Shown: in pieces, positions 1-8,984 of the stretch
Layout: every line of letters starts with the position of its first letter
Position numbering within the stretch: position 1 is the stretch's first letter
NCBI GenBank assembly: GCA_013361065.1
Contig: JABWAK010000005.1
Location: 1-53,360 of the forward strand
Direction of reading: 5' to 3'
DNA: 53,360 bases
Source: Bacteroidota bacterium
GTDB lineage: Bacteria; Bacteroidota; Ignavibacteria; UBA10030; UBA8401
Program-made: the position numbers and the translations under genes
Notes under the pieces: model-generated
Databases searched by the model: none
The model's input: only the letters and a program-made list of their open reading frames with translations
Told to the model about the DNA's origin: nothing

Positions 1-942
1 TAATCTTCTGTTAATATGATATCTTGGTTTAGTTTGCCAATTAAGTTTGGACACTGTGTACGAAGAATCAATATCAAGTTTTTTATCAATATATTTTACC
101 ATCCAGAATTGCTCAAAAGGATCTTCACAAGTAAGTTTAAATATTTGTAACAGCTTTCTGACTATTAATGCTGGATATGCCAGAAATTTGGGCAAGTTAA
201 TCGGCTTTATTACTTCGCCATAATAATATCTCGTTGATATTTCGAACAGCTCCTTATGCGAGGTTGATCCATTCGGGCTTGCATTATAAATATCAAAATC
301 AGGAAGCTCATCCGTTTTAAGAATGATAGTTTTTATCAGCTCACATAAATCCCTGATATGAATATAAGGTATTGCAGATTCTCCTTTGCCTCCGATAATT
401 CTTGATTCAATTTTCCTTGATAACCAGGTTGATAAAAATTTATAAAGCGGTGCAAACTCACACCAATCGCTGTAAACAGCAGCAAAACGTACTACCGAAC
501 ATTGAAACTTTGTTGAGTATTCTTTAATAAACTCTTCACCGAAACCAGATCCCATCGAGGCAAAACCGTGAAATATCTGCACTATTTTGCATTTCGTACC
601 TTTGAACTTTACATTTGGGATCGATGCACAGATGAGAATGACATTATCAAGATACTGTACAAAATATTGCGGAATGAAGCGGGCTTGTTCTAAACGGAGT
701 TGTTCACTAAATGGTAATTTTTTGGAGTAACAAAAATATACCTCTTTTCCTGCACGGTTCAATTCGGCAACGATATTCTGATAGAAATCAGCATAAATGC
801 CATCAAAATAGTCAACAACAAAAATGGTGTGATGTTCCTTTTTTAATCGGACAAAAGCAGGGTAGCTGAAGGCGCACAATAAGCCATAGCGAAGACTTTG
901 TAAAAGGTATGCGATAATATGCCAAATTTTTTTTAATACCAT
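1..942 (-). CDS. Partial, apparently chimeric ORF: N-terminal CDP-glycerol glycerophosphotransferase (TagF/TagB)-like part (942 to ~540) joined in frame to the C-terminal half of an NAD-dependent epimerase/SDR (~540 to 1)
   Basis: Not in the ORF track because it runs off the edge. Manual translation from ATG 942, which abuts the tagD stop, gives MVLKKIWH...KCKIVQIFHGFASMGSGFGEEFIKEYSTKFQCSVVRFAAVYSDWCEFAPLYKFL...GGKGESAIPYIHIRDL. IVQIFHG is TagF-like; VVRFAAVY and YIHIRDL are extended-SDR C-terminal motifs, but there is no Rossmann GxxGxxG. Confidence 0.55.
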   Translation of the reverse strand, partial: MVLKKIWHIIAYLLQSLRYGLLCAFSYPAFVRLKKEHHTIFVVDYFDGIYADFYQNIVAELNRAGKEVYFCYSKKLPFSEQLRLEQARFIPQYFVQYLDNVILICASIPNVKFKGTKCKIVQIFHGFASMGSGFGEEFIKEYSTKFQCSVVRFAAVYSDWCEFAPLYKFLSTWLSRKIESRIIGGKGESAIPYIHIRDLCELIKTIILKTDELPDFDIYNASPNGSTSHKELFEISTRYYYGEVIKPINLPKFLAYPALIVRKLLQIFKLTCEDPFEQFWMVKYIDKKLDIDSSYTVSKLNWQTKPRYHINRRL

Positions 943-1362
943 TTATTCCTGTGATCGCAAAGAGTTCAATGTTTGATTGATGATGGTGGAAGAAGTCCCC
1001 TTTGTGTACGGAAAAAAGATTATCCTTACACCAACTTCTGAGAACTGCTTTTCAAAATCCTGCCATTTTTCAGTTTTATACCAATCATCACCGACGATCA
1101 TAATGTCAAACTTGAGTTTTCTCCAAGTTTCATATTTATCCATGCTTTCTTGTGGAACAACTGCATCGACATATTTGATACTACGAACAATCTCAAGTCT
1201 CTCATGGAATGGGATGACTGCTTTTTTATGTTTATATGATACTAACTCGTCGGTTGTAACTCCAACTATGAGTTTATCACAAACCGATTTTGCGTTCCTT
1301 AAAATATTAAGGTGACCAATGTGGAACAGATCGAAAACACCAGAAGTATATCCGATTATCAT
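943..1362 (-). CDS. tagD: Glycerol-3-phosphate cytidylyltransferase-like (TagD family)
   Basis: GYTSGVFDLFHIGHLNIL (HIGH motif), VGDDW, TKGTSST; 139 aa. Confidence 0.85.
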   Translation of the reverse strand: MIIGYTSGVFDLFHIGHLNILRNAKSVCDKLIVGVTTDELVSYKHKKAVIPFHERLEIVRSIKYVDAVVPQESMDKYETWRKLKFDIMIVGDDWYKTEKWQDFEKQFSEVGVRIIFFPYTKGTSSTIINQTLNSLRSQE

Positions 1363-1373
1363 CGTGAACTCCT

Positions 1374-2912
1374 TTAGACTTGGATACCAAGTTCGAGTAA
1401 ATTAAAATTAAACCAACGATCCATTCCAGAATTTCCCGGAACACTTTTGGGAATAATTTCCTCCAATATCACTGGAAAACCGACTTTCTTTCTCTCGATA
1501 ATTTCTGAAGGTAGCTGGTCTTTGAACACTCGCTTTAATGGCTCCTTCACATTACCGCCTGCCATACGGTATTCAAATGGAACACCTGCCATCCTTTCAA
1601 TCAAACGATAATCAACGAAAGGCTCTCGTGCTTCAACAGCGCATAACATCGTTGAATTATCCAATCTTCGTAATAAGCCATGGAGATGTGCAATTTGAAA
1701 AAAGGCAGCAACGATATCTATAGCATTATTATATCGGCTGAATGGTGAAAGAGCATCATCAAGGATTTCGTTATCTTTATAGGAGCCGTATGAATAGAAC
1801 TTATCAAATGAATCTATGTCAAAATGTTTAACGGAGTGTGCCCAACGGAAGATTCTGTCATAACCAAAGAACAATTCATCAGCACCTTCTCCACTTAAAA
1901 CGACGGTGTTGTGTTTCTTGACTTCTTTTGTCATTAGATATAAAAGCACTTCGTTCGGCACTGACAGTGGTTCTTTCCTCTTTTTTATCATGAGCTTTGC
2001 TGCTTCAATAAATTCTTCTCTCGCGTATAGCACCTCATGATGTATCGTATTGTATCTTTGAGCAGCGATTCTTCCGAACTCAAACTCATTATTATTAGAT
2101 GTCCCAACTGTCCAGCTATGCTGAGTGCGGGATAATGCTGTAACAATCGTTGAATCGAGTCCCCCGCTTAAATAACTTCCAATCGGTACATCCGCTACCA
2201 ATCGATAATTGACCGAAGATTGTATGAGGTCTCTTAATTCATCGTCTTCCGGAGGAGCTTGGGGTATTATGTTTAATTCCCAATATTTGTGGATACTATT
2301 TGATTCGAGATATGAACCCGCTGGGAACATTTTAATATTATCATATAATGTTCTACCGTTAAAGAATGTTCGCAGTTTTTTATACTGTCTAAAGCCGATG
2401 GGATCAATTTTAGTATCATTTGTAAGTGATATTATCGCATTGATCTCGGATGAAAAGATATACTCGTTACCTTTTTGATAATAATACAAAGGTTTCACAC
2501 CTAATCTGTCGCGGGCGACAAAAATCTGCCCTGTTGAATTCTCCACAATGATAAACGCGAATATTCCATTCAATTCATCCAAACATCGAGACCCCATCCG
2601 GGAATACAATTCGATCAATACCTCGGTATCCGAAGAGGTTCGCATTGGAACCTGATGTTTTTGAGCAAGTTCCTTATAGTTATAGATCTCACCATTAAAA
2701 ATCAGAGAAAACCTTTTATCAGTTGAAATAAATGGTTGATTACTTCTCGGATTAAGATCAATAATGGATAAGCGATTATGTCCAAGATAGTAATTACTGA
2801 TTTCGGTGATACATCCTGGAGCATCAGGCCCCCTATGCTGCATCAGGTCTAAACTAGATTTAAACCTGTCTTTATTCGTTACAGATTTGGGGGCAAAAAG
2901 AATTCCGCACAT
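1374..2912 (-). CDS. asnB: Asparagine synthase (glutamine-hydrolysing) family amidotransferase, polysaccharide-associated
   Basis: N-terminal MCGI, HRGPD, RLSIID, FNGEIYN, LSGGLDS, VLSGEGADELFFGY; AT-rich. Confidence 0.9.
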   Translation of the reverse strand: MCGILFAPKSVTNKDRFKSSLDLMQHRGPDAPGCITEISNYYLGHNRLSIIDLNPRSNQPFISTDKRFSLIFNGEIYNYKELAQKHQVPMRTSSDTEVLIELYSRMGSRCLDELNGIFAFIIVENSTGQIFVARDRLGVKPLYYYQKGNEYIFSSEINAIISLTNDTKIDPIGFRQYKKLRTFFNGRTLYDNIKMFPAGSYLESNSIHKYWELNIIPQAPPEDDELRDLIQSSVNYRLVADVPIGSYLSGGLDSTIVTALSRTQHSWTVGTSNNNEFEFGRIAAQRYNTIHHEVLYAREEFIEAAKLMIKKRKEPLSVPNEVLLYLMTKEVKKHNTVVLSGEGADELFFGYDRIFRWAHSVKHFDIDSFDKFYSYGSYKDNEILDDALSPFSRYNNAIDIVAAFFQIAHLHGLLRRLDNSTMLCAVEAREPFVDYRLIERMAGVPFEYRMAGGNVKEPLKRVFKDQLPSEIIERKKVGFPVILEEIIPKSVPGNSGMDRWFNFNLLELGIQV

Positions 2913-3028
2913 AGAAAATTCAATAGAAAGGGTTAATCTATCATGACTGTGCTTTTGTTGAATTTTATTTCTCAGTCACTAGACCAGAAAAACAATCGTT
3001 TTGATTCAGGCGAACAATTAAAGCATCA

Positions 3029-4414
3029 TTACTTTATCAGATTCAATTTTATAAAATCATTCTTACGACCAGTGGTTACCTTACCAATATATAGTCCAGC
3101 AGAGAGATCATCAGCATCAATTTTTACAGAATGAATGCCATGCTTCATTGGTTGACTCACGATATTTTTAATAAAACGCCCTGTAATGTCGTACAATGAA
3201 ATATTAACATCCTCATCGTAAGCCAATGAGAATTTAATAATTGATGAATTATTAAAAGGGTTCGGGTAAGGTGGAAATACTTCTGATTTTGGCGATGTTG
3301 ATATATTTGACTCTTGATTTAGACTTGTTAAAATGTCGACTCGCATTGAATATGTCGAACTCCAAGAGCTGGTGTTTATTAAATTCGAAGAACGGACTCT
3401 CCAATAGTATGTTCCATATTTGGGCAATTGTGTTAAGAATAATGGATTAAGAATTCCATTTTCTTCACGCACCGGTGCTTGAAAGGGAACATCAGAAGCA
3501 ATGCTCACATCGTAATGGAACGCACCTTTGGCTGTTTTCCAACCAAGAGATACAGTTGTTGCAGAAATTATTGCGCCATCCTCGGGGAATAAAAGAGTCG
3601 GTTTTGCAGGATACTTCGGGAATCGAAGGATATTGATCTTATTGGGAAATCTTAGACCATAATAAACATAAGCTGTATCGTTCCTCGTAAATTGAGCGAT
3701 GCCTTCAGACTCAAGACCATTATACTCTCCAAAATAACGGCCCAAATACTGAAGATTATTTTTAAGATCATAAAAATCCATTCTTGTTGGAAAGGAAGTC
3801 AGCACTACAAGAAATCGTTCAAATAACACAGTTGTGCCCTGCACATAGTTATTAATGTCGCGCATTGGGGAAGGCGATAGTGCTTTTACCGTGCTAAACT
3901 TACCATTACGATACCATTGCAGGTCGAATTTAAGTGATTCAGACACCAATCGATAAATTACACCTCTATGGAAGAAGACCGAACGCAAAACAGCATCCTT
4001 CGGCAAGGTGTCGATCACTTCGTTGAACATCCCGCCATTATTCTTATTGAACATTGCAATATTGCTCACATTATCATTATTAGTACCACAAACCAATAAG
4101 CTATCTCCGATAATCTGAATGTTATTCGGATGCCGATATAGAGTTGGGAGCGTAAAAACTCGTGAAAGTTTTAAATTGGCGGGAGCAGTTAATGAGCGGG
4201 TTCTATATACGTTAATGCGAGAGTGCGTAACCAAGTCAAATGCGGTATAAAGAAAAAAAGAATCCTTCTCTATGGAGTATTCTAAATCGATACTTTGGAA
4301 GTTTTCTCCATAAGGAATTGATGTAAATGTGGAATCATCAAAATTCAACACTTGTGCCATCAAAATCCCATGCATTCCAATTAATACTAGAAAAAAAATA
4401 TGCAATAATTTCAT
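3029..4414 (-). CDS. Secreted protein with Fn3/Ig-like domain and T9SS C-terminal sorting domain
   Basis: Signal peptide; YYWRVRS Fn3-like segment; C-terminal PYPNPFN...YDITGR...LSAGLY...KLNLIK. Confidence 0.75.
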   Translation of the reverse strand: MKLLHIFFLVLIGMHGILMAQVLNFDDSTFTSIPYGENFQSIDLEYSIEKDSFFLYTAFDLVTHSRINVYRTRSLTAPANLKLSRVFTLPTLYRHPNNIQIIGDSLLVCGTNNDNVSNIAMFNKNNGGMFNEVIDTLPKDAVLRSVFFHRGVIYRLVSESLKFDLQWYRNGKFSTVKALSPSPMRDINNYVQGTTVLFERFLVVLTSFPTRMDFYDLKNNLQYLGRYFGEYNGLESEGIAQFTRNDTAYVYYGLRFPNKINILRFPKYPAKPTLLFPEDGAIISATTVSLGWKTAKGAFHYDVSIASDVPFQAPVREENGILNPLFLTQLPKYGTYYWRVRSSNLINTSSWSSTYSMRVDILTSLNQESNISTSPKSEVFPPYPNPFNNSSIIKFSLAYDEDVNISLYDITGRFIKNIVSQPMKHGIHSVKIDADDLSAGLYIGKVTTGRKNDFIKLNLIK

Positions 4415-4517
4415 GGGTCTAAATCAATCTATTGAATCTTCTTGTGTCAATTTAATATAGTCACTCTATTAATCTGTACTGTTAAGCATTGTTTTATCAT
4501 TAGTGTGAAATCGACAC

Positions 4518-5570
4518 TCAGCGCATGAATTTCCGAAATATCGGAATTTCCTTAACAAATGAACGCAATGTGTCAAGAAACTTATGATAGCCAATGCTGG
4601 AATTCTCCAATTGTCGTGAATATGCACCCCCGATCACAACCGCTAGTGTTAGAAAGAAGGAGAGCACAAATACCGTCAATACAATCATCATTCTTCGTGG
4701 ACGATCTTTTTTCGCTGGCGCACGAGCAGTGTCAAGGACTGAAACTACGGGTGTATTCTTCACTTCATCCAGTTTTACGATCTCCGATTGTTTCTTCAAT
4801 TCTAAGAAGATCGTATTGTTAATTGTCACATCCCGTTCAAGCCGAGCCTGCTCCAACATTAGTTGAGGCGACTGTATGATTGATCGATTTTTCTCACGGA
4901 AGGAACGTACGGCATCCTCGCTCTTCCGTAGATCCGCCATCACATCATTGAGTCGTGTATCGAGGAATAGCCGTTGCTCGCGGGCACTGGAATTGCGGAA
5001 ATTACGCTGATACCGGTCTAATTCTGTCGTGATCTGATTAGCGACATCCGCAGCAAGCCCCGGTTCCGGCATCTCGACAGTCACCGTAATGATGGTGGTC
5101 TTTCGGTCCACACTCACAGACACCATATTCTCTCTAAGCGACTTGAGACATTGTTCGTAGCTCAGATTTATCTCCGCTGTGTCGTACTCGAAATACTCCA
5201 GCAGTGTCACCGGTTGCGGGAACTCCTGTGTCTGGTACCGGTGATATATCACTTTCTTCAGGATCGTCTCACTGACGATGATCTCAGGGTACAATTGAGA
5301 GGGGCTCATGCCCGCCCCTCCGCCCAGCCCCAGATCACCCGCCAGATCCTGTAAACCTGCCAGTCTCCCTTTCAATCCACTGAGGAAGTCAAGGTCCGGC
5401 AGGACCGTGGTGCTCGCCACATAGGTCTTGGGCAACACCAGTGAGATCAGAACGGCAACAATGGTCGGCAGGAAGGTCCACCGAATGATGCGCCAACGGT
5501 TGCTCCACAGCAGCGATACTTGATCCGCTGCCAGGAGATATGGGTCTTGCGGTTTGGTTTCGGGGTCCAT
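4518..5570 (-). CDS. Wzz/GumC-type polysaccharide co-polymerase (chain-length regulator)
   Basis: N-terminal TM then LPKTY, coiled coil, VLDTARAP...KDRPRR before the C-terminal TM; start placed at ATG 5570 rather than 5618. Confidence 0.85.
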   Translation of the reverse strand: MDPETKPQDPYLLAADQVSLLWSNRWRIIRWTFLPTIVAVLISLVLPKTYVASTTVLPDLDFLSGLKGRLAGLQDLAGDLGLGGGAGMSPSQLYPEIIVSETILKKVIYHRYQTQEFPQPVTLLEYFEYDTAEINLSYEQCLKSLRENMVSVSVDRKTTIITVTVEMPEPGLAADVANQITTELDRYQRNFRNSSAREQRLFLDTRLNDVMADLRKSEDAVRSFREKNRSIIQSPQLMLEQARLERDVTINNTIFLELKKQSEIVKLDEVKNTPVVSVLDTARAPAKKDRPRRMMIVLTVFVLSFFLTLAVVIGGAYSRQLENSSIGYHKFLDTLRSFVKEIPIFRKFMR

Positions 5571-5628
5571 ACGATTAAGACGGCGGCCGGGTGCATCGGC
5601 CGCCGTCACTGTGATCAAAAAGAGTGGT

Positions 5629-6441
5629 CTAACGGTTCCGGAAGAATGCTTCCATCTCGGTCAGCTGCTGCAGGATCGTCTTTACACTGACCGTTCCGGT
5701 CAGCGGGTGGATGGAGGCAAGATTGCGATCGATTCGGTCCTTCGCTTCCACGGCACTGATCTTCAGGTTCAGATGATATGCCTGATCGATCTGCGAAAGC
5801 AACTCGAACTTGTTCACCGTATTGGGGGAATGGATATGGAAGATCCCCTTCTCGTACAGTCCGCGGAGTTCGATGGTCTCGATGACCTCGGCAAGATACA
5901 GGGTGGTGACACCGTTCCAGCGGTGATTGGTGAATCCGTTCACCGGTTTGCCGGCGTTGCTGCGAGCCCATTCCAGCAGGGAACGGCTCTGCCCTTTCTC
6001 CTCACCGATGATGGACGTCCGGAGGGTCATGCAGTCCGTATTGTCGCCGCCGTTCTTCGACATGCCGTACACATCCTCGGCATCGAACATGTCCGCTTCG
6101 GAGTACTCGCCCCGTTTGCCGCTGTACACACAGTCCGTCGTGACATGGTAACAATGCACTCCCAGACGGGCCGCCAGCTTGGCAAGGTTACGTGGGAAGA
6201 TGGCGTTCACTTTCAGCACATCCTCGATCGGGGTCGTCGCGATCATCGGTTTGATGACGCCGGCACAGTTGATCACCATCTGTTTCCCGCTCATGAGCGG
6301 TTCCAGTTTCTCGATCGGGTCCTTGGCGATGTCGAACTCCGCACGGCTCAGCCGGGTGACGGTGTACCCCTTCCGGGTGTAATATTCCGAGACGGCGTAC
6401 CCGAGCATTCCGTTGGCGCCGATGACAAGTAGATTCTTCAT
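5629..6441 (-). CDS. NDP-4-keto-6-deoxyhexose reductase (RfbD/RmlD-like)
   Basis: GANGMLG, INCAG, TTDCVYSG, YGMSK. Confidence 0.85.
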   Translation of the reverse strand: MKNLLVIGANGMLGYAVSEYYTRKGYTVTRLSRAEFDIAKDPIEKLEPLMSGKQMVINCAGVIKPMIATTPIEDVLKVNAIFPRNLAKLAARLGVHCYHVTTDCVYSGKRGEYSEADMFDAEDVYGMSKNGGDNTDCMTLRTSIIGEEKGQSRSLLEWARSNAGKPVNGFTNHRWNGVTTLYLAEVIETIELRGLYEKGIFHIHSPNTVNKFELLSQIDQAYHLNLKISAVEAKDRIDRNLASIHPLTGTVSVKTILQQLTEMEAFFRNR

Positions 6442-6464
6442 TCCGTTCCTTCTATGATTGATGA

Positions 6465-6905
6465 TTATCGTTCTTCAATGACCCAGGGATTCCAGTACCG
6501 TGCATGGAACCGGATATCGTCCCCCAGACTCTCCTGCAGCGTGCTGGCAGAGAAGACCATCACTTTGGTGTCCGGGCTCAGGGACATCAGCCCGTTCGCA
6601 TAGCCGGCCGGCAGATAGAGCACGGACGGCGTCCGAGCACTCAGGACGAACCGGTGGATCTTGAGGTCCTTCGAAGGGTTCTCCCAGTTGTCGATCTCCA
6701 CGCCGCAGATGAGCGCATCGCCGCCCACCACATGGAAATATTTCGCTTCCTTCTTATGACCGTGCCAGGCCCGGACGAAGCCGGACTGGTGGTTCTGGAT
6801 CATATAGAAGCGTTTCACGTCGGAGAAGCCGAAGTCGTTCACAAAACTCACGGAGCCGCGGTCATCCACGGCCAACCCGCCTTTGGTCAGGATCGGTTCG
6901 CTCAT
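6465..6905 (-). CDS. Cupin sugar 3,5-epimerase (RmlC-like)
   Basis: DDRG, VRAWHGH, LPAGYANG. Confidence 0.8.
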   Translation of the reverse strand: MSEPILTKGGLAVDDRGSVSFVNDFGFSDVKRFYMIQNHQSGFVRAWHGHKKEAKYFHVVGGDALICGVEIDNWENPSKDLKIHRFVLSARTPSVLYLPAGYANGLMSLSPDTKVMVFSASTLQESLGDDIRFHARYWNPWVIEER

Positions 6906-6908
6906 GGC

Positions 6909-7856
6909 TCAGCTCCTCACATTCTTCAATTGTTCCTGCAGGTACTTCTGGTTGGAGTACCGGTTGTGGTCCAGGTCCTTGATCCGGCCGGTCTCCACGA
7001 GGAATTTCAGTTCTTCGATGCCGTCATCGATGGAATGGATGGAGTTGAACCCGAAGGTCTCCTTCGCCTTCTTGCTGGCCACACGGTAGTTCCGGGTATC
7101 CTGGAACGGCATGTCGGTCGCTTCGATCACGCAGTCCGGAAAATGGTTGCGGATCTGATAGGCAAGATCGATGATCCGGACATTCTGGCGGTGCAGGTTG
7201 TAGATACCGGTGTGCGGTGTGTCGAGGTTCATCACCACGGCGCGGGCGACATCCTTCACGTGCAGCAGCGGCCGGAACTGGTCGCCGCCGAACACGCTGA
7301 TGCGACCGACGGTATGCGCCTTCACGGTGAGGGTGTTCACCACCAGGTCCATGCGGATACGGGCATACAGATCGCCCACTCCGAAGAGGGTGCCGAGCCG
7401 GAAGATCATCGCATTCTTCTTCTCGAGGAACGATTCCGCTTTCAGCTTGGTCGCGGCATAGAGCGAGAGCGGATTGGTCTGCGAGGTCTCATCCAGTTCG
7501 ATGTTCTGGGCGCCGTACACGGAGCAGGTGGACATGAAGATGATGCGGCCGTCGTAGTTCTCGGAGAGCCATTTGATCGATTCCTGATTGATCGCCACGG
7601 TCAGGTCCGGATTGAGGGCGCAGGCCCCGTCGCCGACGATGGCGGCGAACCAGACCACCACATCCGCCCAGGCGAGCTGCTTCTTCAGCTTTTCCTGGTC
7701 CCGGATGTCGCCGTTGACGAAATCGACCTCTTTACGGTACGAATCCTCATAGACCAGCGAATCGTATACACGCACATTCGCCTGTGCATCCTTCAGCAGG
7801 TCCGTAACCGCACCGCCGACATACCCGGCCCCTCCAACCACGAGCACATTCTTCAT
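6909..7856 (-). CDS. NAD-dependent nucleotide-sugar epimerase/dehydratase
   Basis: GGAGYVG, AAIVGD, STCSVYG, YAATK, RPLLHVKD. Confidence 0.85.
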   Translation of the reverse strand: MKNVLVVGGAGYVGGAVTDLLKDAQANVRVYDSLVYEDSYRKEVDFVNGDIRDQEKLKKQLAWADVVVWFAAIVGDGACALNPDLTVAINQESIKWLSENYDGRIIFMSTCSVYGAQNIELDETSQTNPLSLYAATKLKAESFLEKKNAMIFRLGTLFGVGDLYARIRMDLVVNTLTVKAHTVGRISVFGGDQFRPLLHVKDVARAVVMNLDTPHTGIYNLHRQNVRIIDLAYQIRNHFPDCVIEATDMPFQDTRNYRVASKKAKETFGFNSIHSIDDGIEELKFLVETGRIKDLDHNRYSNQKYLQEQLKNVRS

Positions 7857-7859
7857 TGT

Positions 7860-8984
7860 TCAAAGCCTTTCTTTTAGTATAGAGATGATGTGTTGAGATG
7901 TCTTTCCGTCACCCAGCCATGCCGTTTGTTCCTTGGAGATGGTGTACTGCTCGAAGAACCGGATGGTCTTCCTGACCATCGTCTCCACCGGCGTGGTCTC
8001 GCCGATCAGGATGCTGTTGCCGCTCTGCACCGACTCCGGCCGCTCCGTATGGTTGCGCGGGACGACGACCGGCACCTTCAGCAACGGACACTCCTCCTGG
8101 CTGGTACCCGAATCCGAGATCACGCCGTACGCGTGATACTGCAGTTCCAGATAGTCCAGGAACCCGAACGGTCCGACCAGGGAGATGTTCTTGAGCCCGT
8201 TCAGAAGACCGTACTGATCGATCATCTTCACGGCGCGGGGGAACTTCACGAGCAGCACCGGGAGCCCCAGGCGCTCTCCGGCGGCATTGAGGTACGCCAG
8301 GATATGGGCATACTGCTGCGGGGTCTTCAGATTCTCGCTGCGGTGGATGTCCGCGACGAGGTAGTTGTTCTTCTTCTTCCCCTTTGGAAGATAGGGTTTT
8401 ACCACCTCAACGATTGTGTTCCCCACCACATGGATGGAGTCGGGGTCCTTGTTCTCCTTCATCAGCCGCTTCTTGTACAACGGAGTGTAGACGAAGACCT
8501 CGTCGGACACATAGTCGCAGATAACCCTGTTCACCTCTTCCGGCATCCGGCGGTCGTAGGAACGCATCCCGCCTTCGATATGGCCGATGCGGTACCCTTC
8601 CTTGAACAACGGCGCACTCACCATGGCGGAGTTGGAATCCCCCAGGAACATGATGATCGCCGGATCGATCCCCTCGCTCTTCAGACGGTCGATGACGGCC
8701 GTAGAGAGGTACGACAGCTGTTCGTAATGGTTCTTGCTGTTCCGTCCGGTCTCCAGCGTGATATCCGGTTTACGGATCTTCAGCTGCTGGAAGAAGATCT
8801 TGCTCAGTTCATCATCGTAATGCTGCCCGGTGTGGAGCATGATGTGATCGAAATGCTGGTCCAGCCGCTCGAACACTTTGCTCATGCGGATGAAATCGGG
8901 ACGGATCCCGGTGATGGTGACAACGGTCTTTTTCCCCACGTTGGTTATGCGCTTTCTGTGTATTTGAGTGATGGGTTCGGTCAA
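7860..8984 (-). CDS. UDP-N-acetylglucosamine 2-epimerase family (non-hydrolysing; WecB/FnlC-like)
   Basis: GIRPDFI, HTGQHYD, GDSNS, HIEGGMRS, MPEEVNR, SDSG, TERPE. Confidence 0.88.
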   Translation of the reverse strand: MTEPITQIHRKRITNVGKKTVVTITGIRPDFIRMSKVFERLDQHFDHIMLHTGQHYDDELSKIFFQQLKIRKPDITLETGRNSKNHYEQLSYLSTAVIDRLKSEGIDPAIIMFLGDSNSAMVSAPLFKEGYRIGHIEGGMRSYDRRMPEEVNRVICDYVSDEVFVYTPLYKKRLMKENKDPDSIHVVGNTIVEVVKPYLPKGKKKNNYLVADIHRSENLKTPQQYAHILAYLNAAGERLGLPVLLVKFPRAVKMIDQYGLLNGLKNISLVGPFGFLDYLELQYHAYGVISDSGTSQEECPLLKVPVVVPRNHTERPESVQSGNSILIGETTPVETMVRKTIRFFEQYTISKEQTAWLGDGKTSQHIISILKERL

